From positions 210,001 to 242,000 of the forward strand of contig CP126532.1 of the NCBI GenBank assembly GCA_030167145.1: DNA of 32,000 nt, read 5' to 3'. Under the pieces are notes generated by a model. That model did not search any database, was not told the DNA's origin, and was given only the letters and a program-made list of their open reading frames with translations. Each line of letters starts with the position of its first letter. The stretch's first letter is position 1. Both the position numbers and the translations under genes were made by a program. This DNA comes from Ktedonobacterales bacterium (lineage in GTDB: Bacteria; Chloroflexota; Ktedonobacteria; Ktedonobacterales; JADMIN01). Of the stretch, positions 17,457-24,950 are shown in pieces.

Positions 17457-17485
17457 CCGAGCTATTGACCCGGCTAATAGCTCGG
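17457..17485. promoter_or_regulatory. Perfect 10-bp inverted repeat CCGAGCTATT-N9-AATAGCTCGG (operator or RNA hairpin)
   Basis: The left arm is 17457-17466, the loop GACCCGGCT is 17467-17475, and the right arm is 17476-17485. The arms are exact reverse complements. No U-tract follows, so this is not an intrinsic terminator. It starts immediately after TGGTATCAT. Confidence 0.5.
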
Positions 17486-17653
17486 TGGCGATGCGCTGGA
17501 CTCGATTGCAATCTCACCCGGCGTGGAAACAACCCTCAGACCTGCGGCCATGCATCAGGGTTGCGGCCTCTCCGACATCCAAGGAGGCGTGACGCACCTG
17601 CGCCACAGGGCGCTTATGCCGTACTTGAAGACACGAGAATTGCAGAGGGATAA

Positions 17654-18901
17654 GTGGGAGGAACCGTGACACAGGGCTGGGCTGTTACCTACCCACCAAC
17701 TGTAGATGCCGCGCAAAAGCAACCACTGCCGTGGCGGCGCCTATGTCGTGAGGCAGCTTGGATATGGCTCGTTTGGCAAATATTGCTCGTGATGTTGACC
17801 TACGCTGCGCTCACCTTTACTCCATCAACCCTTGGGCACCCGCACACCTCGGTTGTCACACTTGACACCCTGGTCACATCCTGGGTACGCCACGATAGCG
17901 CCTGGTATCTGCAAATCGCCGCACATGGCTACACTCCACCACAAACACTGGCCTTCTTTCCCCTGTATCCCGCGCTCATACGGCTCGCAACCCTACTCTG
18001 CTTTGGCAATGCTCCCCTTGCTGCGATTCTCGTTGCCCGCCTCGCCTGCTACCCCGCCTTTCTTGGCATGCTGGCGCTGGCCTGGCAGGAGCTAGGTCCC
18101 CGAATTTCAACATCCCGGCTCGCCCTGGCAATCACCCTGGCGTATCCCCTGGCCTTCTTCTTCGGCGCAGCCTATACCGAGTCGCTTTTTCTCGCCGCAG
18201 CCGCATTTGCCCTGCTCTTTCTTCGTCGCCACGCCTGGGGCTGGGCGGCGCTGTTCACCTTCATCGCCGCAGTTTCGCGCCCTACCGGTCTGATCCTTAT
18301 TCTGCCAGTCGCCTGGGAGTGGGCACGCACAGAGCGCCCATGGCAACACTGGCGTATCTGGCGCGAGTGGCGTACCTGGCGCGATGGCGCGCTGCTTCTG
18401 GGCGCGGTTCCGGCGGCATATGTGGTGATGGCAGTTATCTCCATGCAAGCAATGCAGGGTGATCCGAAGGCATTCATCAGCATCCACAGCAAATTCGACC
18501 GCGTAACCCTCGCGCCCTGGGAAATTGTGCGACTCCTCTTTGGCGCGTTTTACCCCGTAGAAATGGGATCGTTTGCCCAGGCGCACAACCTCACCGATGC
18601 TGGCCTGGTGATTGTCTTTATCGTGCTCGTCATCGTGGGCGCGGTGCGCCGCGCCATGCCCGTGTCGTTCGTGCTCTACATGGCCGGGCTGATTGTGCTG
18701 ATAATCGCCTCGCCAACACCAAATCTTATTGACCCATTCGTCTCTTCTGGGCGATTCCTCACCGCCGCCATCCCGGTGTTCCTGCTGCTCGCCACCTGGG
18801 CGGAACGCCGACCCTGGCTCACATGGCTGATCATCGGTGGGGGTCTGTACCTCCAGGCCGTGCTTGCCGCATACTTCCTCATCGGCGGCTGGATTATCTG
18901 A
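17654..18901 (+). CDS. Polytopic membrane glycosyltransferase-like protein, PIG-V/mannosyltransferase-2-like family
   Basis: 415 aa with about 9-11 hydrophobic spans. The segment TSWVRHDSAWYLQIAAHGY after the first TM matches the W-D-(S/A)-x-W-Y-x-x-I-A-x-x-G-Y signature I associate with bacterial PIG-V-like (Mannosyl_trans2) proteins. The start is GTG 17654 or GTG 17666; GGGAGG at 17656-17661 lies 4 nt before the latter. Confidence 0.7.
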   Translation: MGGTVTQGWAVTYPPTVDAAQKQPLPWRRLCREAAWIWLVWQILLVMLTYAALTFTPSTLGHPHTSVVTLDTLVTSWVRHDSAWYLQIAAHGYTPPQTLAFFPLYPALIRLATLLCFGNAPLAAILVARLACYPAFLGMLALAWQELGPRISTSRLALAITLAYPLAFFFGAAYTESLFLAAAAFALLFLRRHAWGWAALFTFIAAVSRPTGLILILPVAWEWARTERPWQHWRIWREWRTWRDGALLLGAVPAAYVVMAVISMQAMQGDPKAFISIHSKFDRVTLAPWEIVRLLFGAFYPVEMGSFAQAHNLTDAGLVIVFIVLVIVGAVRRAMPVSFVLYMAGLIVLIIASPTPNLIDPFVSSGRFLTAAIPVFLLLATWAERRPWLTWLIIGGGLYLQAVLAAYFLIGGWII

Positions 18902-19107
18902 CGCATCTCCTGCGCTATGCATATGCTCCATAAACCCATGGGATGCGCGACGAGGCGCTAACATGTAGCAAGCAATAAGAGACGGACCGGAGATCCAGGT
19001 AGATCGAGACAAATAGGCGCACTGATGGCATCCCCCTTGCCAAAGAGCCGCGCATAGAGGCATAAAGTAGGATAGCGCATACATTGGTGACGCCTGGGGA
19101 GAGGAAC

Positions 19108-20688
19108 ATGCGGCAGCGTCCATCGCGCACGGCAGGGATACGGCTGGCAGAGTTGGTGGCGGCGCTCTCAATCGCCACCGATCTGGGTATGGGCCAACCC
19201 ATGGAATATATCCTGCGCTCCTGCGTGCTCTCTGTTCGCCTAGGAGAAACGCTTGGCCTCTCCGAAAGCGAGCTACGCGAGGTTTATTACCTGGCGATGC
19301 TGCGCTATCTCGGGTGCAACGCCGGAACGCATGAGCAGGCGGCGCTGGTGGGGGATGAACTGGCCATGCGGACTGCCACAATGCCCGCGTATGGCGGGGA
19401 GCCGTCCCAGATCATGAATGCTCTGGTGAATCACCTGCGCACGATGCATATGGGTCTCTCGTCACCGGATGTTGATCGGGTTATTGCTCAGATCCTCTTG
19501 TCCTTTCAAAACGTGATGCTGGAATCAGCCGCTGGACACTGTGAAGTGGGGCAGCGTTTGGCTTCGCGCTTCGGATTCGGCGAGTCCATGCATCAAGCCA
19601 TCGGTCAGGCATACGAGCGCTGGGATGGGCAGGGAGTGCCTGGTGGGGTGAAGGGAGAGGCCATTGCCGCTTCCGCGCGCATCGTGTCGCTGGCGCACGA
19701 CGCTGTGCTCTTTCACCGCATGGGTGGTGTCGAGATGGCAGTCGCTGTCGTAAAGGAACGAGCCGGAGGAGCGCACGAGCCAAAAATCGTGGAGCGTTTC
19801 TGTCAGCTCGCACCACACTTGCTGGCGGGGCTGGAAGCTGGGTCATCCTGGGAAGCGGTGCTCTCTCTCGAGCCTGGTGAGCAGACCTTCCTCTCAGAAG
19901 AGCAGTTCGACAACGCCTGTCGAGCCATCGCCGACTTTACCGACCTCAAGTCGCCCTATCTGCTCGGCCACTCCAGTGGGGTTGCCGAGCTGGCGGCCGA
20001 GGCGGCACGCCGGTGCGGTCTGCCGGAGGACGATATTGTCGCCGTCTGGCGAGCAGGGATGCTCCATGATGTCGGGCGCACGGGTGTCTCCGCTGGCATC
20101 TGGGGGAAGCCTGGGGCGCTCTCGGGCAGCGAGTGGGAGCGCGTGCGCCTGCACTCCTACTATACCGAACGGGTTCTGGCGCGACCGAGTGCGCTGGCGC
20201 AGTTGGGTGCGCTGGCGGCGTCCCACCACGAGCGACTTGACGGCTCAGGCTATCACCGAGGAGTGAGCGCACCACCCCTCCCACCCACGGTCAAGATCCT
20301 CGCAGCAGCCGATGCCTACCACGCGATGACTGAGCCACGCCCGCACCGTTCCGCCCTGGCGCCGGAGGCTGCTGCGGAAGAGTTGCGAAGCGAAGTGCGG
20401 GCAGGGCGGTTTGACAGTGAGGCCGCGAACGCGGTCCTCGCGGCAGCGGGCCACCGAACCCGCTCGACCCGTCGCGCATTGGTGGCAGGGCTATCCGAGC
20501 GCGAGGTCGAGGTGCTGCGTCTACTCGCCCGTGGACAGTCGAAAAAACAGATAGCCGAGTTGCTCTTCATCACTGAGAAGACCGTCAGCCACCACACGCA
20601 ACACATCTACACCAAGATTGGTGTCTCCACTCGCGCCGGGGCTACCCTCTTTGCCCTGCAGCATGACCTCCTCGTCGCTATGGGATAG
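19108..20688 (+). CDS. Tandem HD-GYP-like domains (first degenerate) fused to a C-terminal LuxR/GerE helix-turn-helix
   Basis: Domain 1 reads LSIATDLGMGQPMEYILRSCVLSVRLGETLGL...AMLRYLGC...AYERWDGQGVPGG; the HD metal ligands are replaced. Domain 2 reads GHSSGVAELA...AGMLHDVGR...LHSYYTERVL...ASHHERLDGSGYHRG...AADAYHAMTEPRPHR. The C-terminus LSEREVEVLRLLARGQSKKQIAELLFITEKTVSHHTQHIYTKIGVSTR is LuxR-type. The start is ATG 19108, with GGGGAGAGGA upstream. Confidence 0.85.
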   Translation: MRQRPSRTAGIRLAELVAALSIATDLGMGQPMEYILRSCVLSVRLGETLGLSESELREVYYLAMLRYLGCNAGTHEQAALVGDELAMRTATMPAYGGEPSQIMNALVNHLRTMHMGLSSPDVDRVIAQILLSFQNVMLESAAGHCEVGQRLASRFGFGESMHQAIGQAYERWDGQGVPGGVKGEAIAASARIVSLAHDAVLFHRMGGVEMAVAVVKERAGGAHEPKIVERFCQLAPHLLAGLEAGSSWEAVLSLEPGEQTFLSEEQFDNACRAIADFTDLKSPYLLGHSSGVAELAAEAARRCGLPEDDIVAVWRAGMLHDVGRTGVSAGIWGKPGALSGSEWERVRLHSYYTERVLARPSALAQLGALAASHHERLDGSGYHRGVSAPPLPPTVKILAAADAYHAMTEPRPHRSALAPEAAAEELRSEVRAGRFDSEAANAVLAAAGHRTRSTRRALVAGLSEREVEVLRLLARGQSKKQIAELLFITEKTVSHHTQHIYTKIGVSTRAGATLFALQHDLLVAMG

Positions 20689-20819
20689 CACCGCAATCCC
20701 GTTCCACGTTCGGAAACGCTGTGGCCCAGTGCTCCCCTGAGTTAGCAGAATGAACGCGGCAAAATAGGGCGAACGTCCGATGCTGTTGCTCCCCAACTTG
20801 TCTACACTCGACACAGAAA

Positions 20820-20838
20820 GGGCAAGAGCGACTTGCCC
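20820..20838. promoter_or_regulatory. Perfect 7-bp stem / 5-nt loop hairpin GGGCAAG-AGCGA-CTTGCCC
   Basis: The arms at 20820-20826 and 20832-20838 are exact complements. The hairpin lies 47 nt upstream of the ester-cyclase ATG and 132 nt downstream of the LuxR-fusion stop. No U-tract follows. Confidence 0.35.
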
Positions 20839-20884
20839 ACGAGTACGCGACATAGCACCATAGGACACAAAAGGGGAACCAGCC

Positions 20885-21310
20885 ATGTCCACCGAAGACA
20901 ACAAAGCCATCGTCCACCGCTTCCAGGACGGTCTGATGGAGTATTTCCACACTGGGAATCTCAATGCCTTGCTGGAGACCGTGCATCCCGACGCCGCCTT
21001 CGACATGCCCGGCATGCCAGCGCATCGTGAGGGCTTGCAGCACGTGCTCCCGATGTTCCGCAGCGCGTTTCCGGATCTGCAGGTGACGGTCGGAGCGTTG
21101 CTCGCGGAAGGGGACCAGGTGGCGTATCGCCTGACCTGGACCGGCACGCACACAGGCGAGTTGATGGGCATTCCCGCCACCGGCAAGCGGGTCACGGTCT
21201 CTGAGACGCACATTGATCAGATCGTCGGCGGCAAGATCGTGCGGCATGATGGCGACTGGAATCAATTGGGTATGCTGCAGCAGATCGGGGCGTTGCCCGC
21301 GATGGGCTAG
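20885..21310 (+). CDS. SnoaL-like ester cyclase family protein
   Basis: 141 aa. MSTEDNKAIVHRFQDGLMEYFHTGNLNALLETVHPDAAF...FRSAFPDLQVTVGALLAEGDQVAYRLTWTGTHTGELMGIPATGKRVTVSETHIDQIVGGKIVRHDGDWNQLGMLQQIG is the typical full-length pattern of SnoaL/ester-cyclase proteins. AAAAGGGGAA lies before the ATG. Confidence 0.85.
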   Translation: MSTEDNKAIVHRFQDGLMEYFHTGNLNALLETVHPDAAFDMPGMPAHREGLQHVLPMFRSAFPDLQVTVGALLAEGDQVAYRLTWTGTHTGELMGIPATGKRVTVSETHIDQIVGGKIVRHDGDWNQLGMLQQIGALPAMG

Positions 21311-21516
21311 TGTGATGCCCGAAATTAGGTGGACCTAGCCATCCTGACCAGTTGGGCAAGCGCGGAAAAGAATGAATCTGTAGGTGAAAATCAGGCACAA
21401 GTGTTTTCGGACGTGCCATCTCCGAGCAACGACCATCGGCTCACGGCACATTCGAATCACTCGAACCAATAGGATGACACCCCGCGTTGGGGTCGCAGGC
21501 GAGAGGAGCGCAAGTC

Positions 21517-22725
21517 ATGCATTGGCAGACAGTAGCGAACGACCAACCTATGCGCCTCCTGGGCGTGTTCGCCCATCCAGATGACGAGGTCTTCTGTGCG
21601 GGGGGAACGCTGGCACAGTGGGCTGATGCTGGCTGCGAGACGATGATCCTCTCCGCGACACGGGGCGAGGCAGGTCAGATTCAGGACGCCCGCGCCGCCA
21701 GCCGCGGCACCCTGGGGTCCGTGCGCGAACAGGAACTACGGGCCGCCTGTGCGCGGCTTGGAGTGCGGCATGTCGAATGCCTGGACTATGGCGATGGCAC
21801 ACTCGCTGAAGTGGACGGAGCGACGCTCGCTAGCCATGTAGCCACATATATCCGGGACTTCCAGCCCGACGTCGTGGTGACGTTTGGCCCTGACGGTGGC
21901 TACGGGCATCCCGATCACATCGCGATCAGCATGGCTACTACACAGGCCTGCCAGCTCGTCGCGCGCGAGGACGGTTGGGCGCCGCAACTCTATTACAGCG
22001 CGTTCCCACGGCAGCATGGATTGCTGTGCCACCGACTGGCGCACTGGCTTACGACAAGCGGCACGCCGTTTCGCGGCTCGGCTGGGTTCGTGCGGGCGCT
22101 GGCCTTGCTAGCCGATGAAGCCACGCTCATGGGCCACACCGACGACACAGTGGACGTGCAGTGGTTTCCTGCTGGTTTCTCGATGATCGAGCAGGGCGAG
22201 CGGGGAAACAGTCTGTACCTGATCATCTCCGGCCACGCCACGGTCATTCACGAGGATGCGCGCGGCACTCGCCATACACGCCAGCAATTGGGGCCGGGCG
22301 AGTTCTTCGGAGCAGAGGCGCTGGCCCGTCGCTCTCGGCAGGATGCCTCAGTGGTCGCCCTTGACACAGTCACGTGCTTGGTACTCTCGAACCAGGCTCC
22401 CACCGCGTTCGCTGGCCGCGGCGAAGATGCGCACCTGGGCGGCGGCGCCATCGGTATTGCCGTAGGCGACGGTGGAGTGCAAGGCGAGCTGATCCGCATG
22501 GATATCTCACCCTACCTCGACCACAAGGTGGCGGCGCTGGCGGCGCATCGTACACAGTTCGCAATCGAGCCTGAGATGCTCCCCGTCGCGCAGATGTGGC
22601 AGTTGCTGGGTCAGGAATACTTCGAGCCTGTACCACTTGCCACTTCTACTGGCATCCAGTATGCCAGGGGCGCGGATGACGCACCATGGCTGGACGCTCA
22701 GCCGATATTGGCTTTGCCTGCCTAG
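21517..22725 (+). CDS. PIG-L/LmbE-family deacetylase with an internally inserted cNMP-binding-like beta-roll
   Basis: 402 aa from ATG 21517; GAGGAG lies 8 nt upstream. LmbE motifs are VFAHPDDE (aa 17-24), TFGPDGGYGHPDH (aa 122-134) and AAHRTQF (aa 342-348). Between them, aa ~205-292 read WFPAGFSMIEQGERGNSLYLIISGHATVIHEDARGTRHTRQQLGPGEFFGAEALARRSRQDASVVALDTVTCLVLS, which is a CAP/PKA-type beta-roll pattern. Confidence 0.8.
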   Translation: MHWQTVANDQPMRLLGVFAHPDDEVFCAGGTLAQWADAGCETMILSATRGEAGQIQDARAASRGTLGSVREQELRAACARLGVRHVECLDYGDGTLAEVDGATLASHVATYIRDFQPDVVVTFGPDGGYGHPDHIAISMATTQACQLVAREDGWAPQLYYSAFPRQHGLLCHRLAHWLTTSGTPFRGSAGFVRALALLADEATLMGHTDDTVDVQWFPAGFSMIEQGERGNSLYLIISGHATVIHEDARGTRHTRQQLGPGEFFGAEALARRSRQDASVVALDTVTCLVLSNQAPTAFAGRGEDAHLGGGAIGIAVGDGGVQGELIRMDISPYLDHKVAALAAHRTQFAIEPEMLPVAQMWQLLGQEYFEPVPLATSTGIQYARGADDAPWLDAQPILALPA

Positions 22726-22889
22726 ACCAAGTCGTGCAAACATTGGTCAAGCGAGGAGCGAGTGATCGCTTATTCCGCTTCGAGGGCACAACTCACGATC
22801 CCTCTCCGCTCGTGGCGTATCGGTTGGGATAAACCATGACCATACGCATAGCCCGCCATCTTCGCCACTCCGTCACCTTGCCCCGCGCA

Positions 22890-22898
22890 TGCTATACT
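22890..22898 (+). promoter_or_regulatory. Candidate extended -10 promoter of rarA (TGcTATACT)
   Basis: TGCTATACT at 22890-22898 ends 38 nt upstream of ATG 22937. The -35 is weak (CCGTCA at the 17-nt position). Confidence 0.4.
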
Positions 22899-22936
22899 GC
22901 CCAGGTGGCATCCACCAGCGAGCGGAGCGACCAACC

Positions 22937-24412
22937 ATGACCAACGACGAACATCAGTCCTCGCTCTTCGGCGACCTCGAAGAATTTGCGCCTGCCAGCC
23001 ACCCCACACACGCACGCCCGAAGGCAAGCAGCCACATGCAAGGCAGCGCGGCGAGCGCCGATATTCCCATCAGCGCCCGCCCCCTCGCCGACCGCATGCG
23101 CCCGCGCACCCTCGACGAAATCGTCGGACAGGCGCATCTGCTGGCGCACGGCAAGGCGCTGCGCCGGAGCATCGAAAGCGACCATGTGCCCTCGATGATC
23201 CTCTGGGGACCGCCTGGCAGTGGCAAGACTACCCTTGCCTCCGTCATCGCCCTCAGCACACAGGCGCGGTTCGTCCCGCTCAGCGCTGTCACCGCTGGTG
23301 TCGCCGACCTGCGCCGTGTCGTCGAGGACGCCGCCAAGCTCCTCCGCGCCACCGAGCGCCGCACCATCCTCTTCATTGACGAGATCCACCGCTTCAACAA
23401 AGCACAGCAGGATGCCATCCTGCCGCATGTCGAGCGTGGAGCCGTCACCCTCATTGGCGCGACCACCGAAAACCCCTCTTTCGAAGTCAACGCCGCCCTG
23501 CTTTCGCGCAGCCGTGTCTACACCCTCCATGCCCTCACCGATGTCGATATTCTCGACCTGCTGCGTCGCGCCCTAACCGATAACGAGCGCGGTCTGGGTG
23601 CCGAACACCTCACTGTCACCGACGACGCCCTCGCCTACCTCGCCGGTTTCGCCAATGGCGACGCCCGCGCCGCGCTCAACGCGCTCGAACTGGCCGCCTC
23701 CGTCGCTCCTGCTGACGCTACCGGCGTCCGCGCGTTCGATCTCGCCGCCGTTGAAGACGCCGTGCAGCGCCGCGCTCTGCTCTACGACAAGGGCGGCGAA
23801 GAGCACTACAACATCATCTCTGCTCTCCACAAATCGCTGCGCGGCTCTGACCCCGACGCCGCGCTCTACTGGCTCGCACGCATGCTCGAATCCGGAGAAG
23901 ATCCGCTCTATGTCGTGCGCCGCCTGATTCGCTTCGCCAGTGAAGATATCGGCATGGCCGATCCGCAGGCGTTGCTCGTCTGCGTAGCCGCGCAGCAAGC
24001 GGTCCACTTCATCGGCATGCCCGAAGGCGCGCTCGCACTCGCCCAGGCCGTCGTTCATCTCGCCACCGCGCCAAAGAGCAACGCGCTCTATACCGCCTAT
24101 GCCGCCGTCGTTGAAGATGTCCGCGCCACGCGCAACGACCCCGTTCCGCTACAACTGCGCAACGCCCCTACCCGCCTGATGAAAGACCTGGACTACGGCA
24201 AGGGCTACAAATACGCCCACGACGACTACGCAGGCCAGCCCGACCCCGCCGACCCATCGCGCCCGCCACCTGAGCGCCCGCAAGACTACCTGCCTGAACA
24301 ATTGCGCGAGCGCGCCTACTACCATCCCGGCGCGCAGGGCAACGAAGCCTCCATTCAGGCGTGGCTCGCCCGCCGCCGCCGCCAGCACACCCCTGACCCG
24401 GAAACGCCCTGA
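22937..24412 (+). CDS. rarA: Replication-associated recombination protein A (RarA/MgsA AAA+ ATPase)
   Basis: PLADRMRPRTLDEIVGQAHLL is followed by Walker A GPPGSGKTTLA, Walker B ILFIDEIHRFNKAQQD and GATTENPSFEVNAALLSR. The C-terminal MgsA region reads HYNIISALHKSLRGSDPDAALYWLARML..GEDPLYVVRRLIRFASEDIG..., then YKYAHD. The start is ATG 22937. Confidence 0.9.
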   Translation: MTNDEHQSSLFGDLEEFAPASHPTHARPKASSHMQGSAASADIPISARPLADRMRPRTLDEIVGQAHLLAHGKALRRSIESDHVPSMILWGPPGSGKTTLASVIALSTQARFVPLSAVTAGVADLRRVVEDAAKLLRATERRTILFIDEIHRFNKAQQDAILPHVERGAVTLIGATTENPSFEVNAALLSRSRVYTLHALTDVDILDLLRRALTDNERGLGAEHLTVTDDALAYLAGFANGDARAALNALELAASVAPADATGVRAFDLAAVEDAVQRRALLYDKGGEEHYNIISALHKSLRGSDPDAALYWLARMLESGEDPLYVVRRLIRFASEDIGMADPQALLVCVAAQQAVHFIGMPEGALALAQAVVHLATAPKSNALYTAYAAVVEDVRATRNDPVPLQLRNAPTRLMKDLDYGKGYKYAHDDYAGQPDPADPSRPPPERPQDYLPEQLRERAYYHPGAQGNEASIQAWLARRRRQHTPDPETP

Positions 24413-24428
24413 AAGGAAACCCATATCC

Positions 24429-24932
24429 ATGTCCAGCGACTCGAACTCCAACCGCACCCGCACCATCACCTGGCATGACCCCACGATGAGCGCCGCCGCC
24501 GCACGCGGCATGTCTGGCCTGCAAATGCTTCAAGCGCTCGTCTCCGGTGAATTGCCCCAGCCGCCGATCTTCGCCTTGATGGGCATGGCGCTCACCGAAA
24601 TCAGCGAAGGCCGCGCCGTCTTCACCATGCTGCCAGCCGAATACCACTACAACCCCATCGGCTCCGTGCATGGCGGCATCGCGGCTACTCTGCTCGATTC
24701 AGCCATGGGCTGCGCCGTAAATTCGCTGCTGCCCGCTGGCGTCACCTACACCACCCTCGAAATCAAAGTCAACTATATTCGTCCGCTCACCACTTCCACG
24801 GGCGTCGTTCGCTGCGAAGGCATGGTACTCCATCTTGGTGGCAAAACCGCAACCGCCGAGGCCACGCTACGTAACATAGACGGCAAACTCCTCGCCCACG
24901 CCACCACCACCTGCCTCATCCTGCGACCTTAG
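24429..24932 (+). CDS. PaaI-family hotdog-fold thioesterase
   Basis: 167 aa. PPIFALMGMALTEISEGRAVFTM...YNPIGSVHGGIAATLLDSAMGCAV...TLEIKVNYIRP is the typical PaaI/4HBT class II pattern. The gene starts 16 bp after the rarA stop, so co-transcription is likely. Confidence 0.85.
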   Translation: MSSDSNSNRTRTITWHDPTMSAAAARGMSGLQMLQALVSGELPQPPIFALMGMALTEISEGRAVFTMLPAEYHYNPIGSVHGGIAATLLDSAMGCAVNSLLPAGVTYTTLEIKVNYIRPLTTSTGVVRCEGMVLHLGGKTATAEATLRNIDGKLLAHATTTCLILRP

Positions 24933-24950
24933 CCTTCTCGCCGTACCATA

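Noticed and set aside
12469-17520. A genomic island integrated at tRNA-Gly. I looked for a direct repeat of the tRNA 3' end and found only a loose resemblance at 17495-17520 (GCTGGACTCGATTGCAATCTCACCCG versus GCGGGTTCGAGTCCCGTCTCCCGC).
   Set aside because: The similarity is only about 60% and needs gaps, well within chance for GC-rich DNA. No integrase, excisionase or exact att-like repeat is present. The composition shift is confined to about 0.8 kb.
17410-17653. Small ORFs in the 17.4-kb intergenic region (60 aa at 17410-17592 and 72 aa at 17435-17653). The latter ends at a TAA that abuts GTG 17654 and could be a uORF.
   Set aside because: Neither has a convincing ribosome-binding site. 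The compositions are Arg-rich and the two overlap each other in different frames. The region carries promoter-like and palindromic elements instead. Translation cannot be excluded without ribosome profiling.
18107-19381. A 424-aa minus-strand ORF, together with other long antisense ORFs: 31000-31977 (+), 10620-11351 (+), 22892-23530 (-), 28524-29231 (-), 20521-21213 (-), 14511-15335 (+) and 7251-7949 (+).
   Set aside because: Each lies antisense to a gene with clear family motifs. Their translations are Arg/Pro/Gly/Cys-rich and low in complexity, with no recognisable domains. They are typical shadow ORFs of GC-rich DNA, where stop codons are rare.
22770-22859. A 29-aa minus-strand ORF (MAGYAYGHGLSQPIRHERRGIVSCALEAE) with a GGAG 9 nt upstream, in the gap before rarA.
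   Set aside because: It is too short to evaluate. It has no conservation evidence and no recognisable motif, and it overlaps the region where the rarA promoter is expected.
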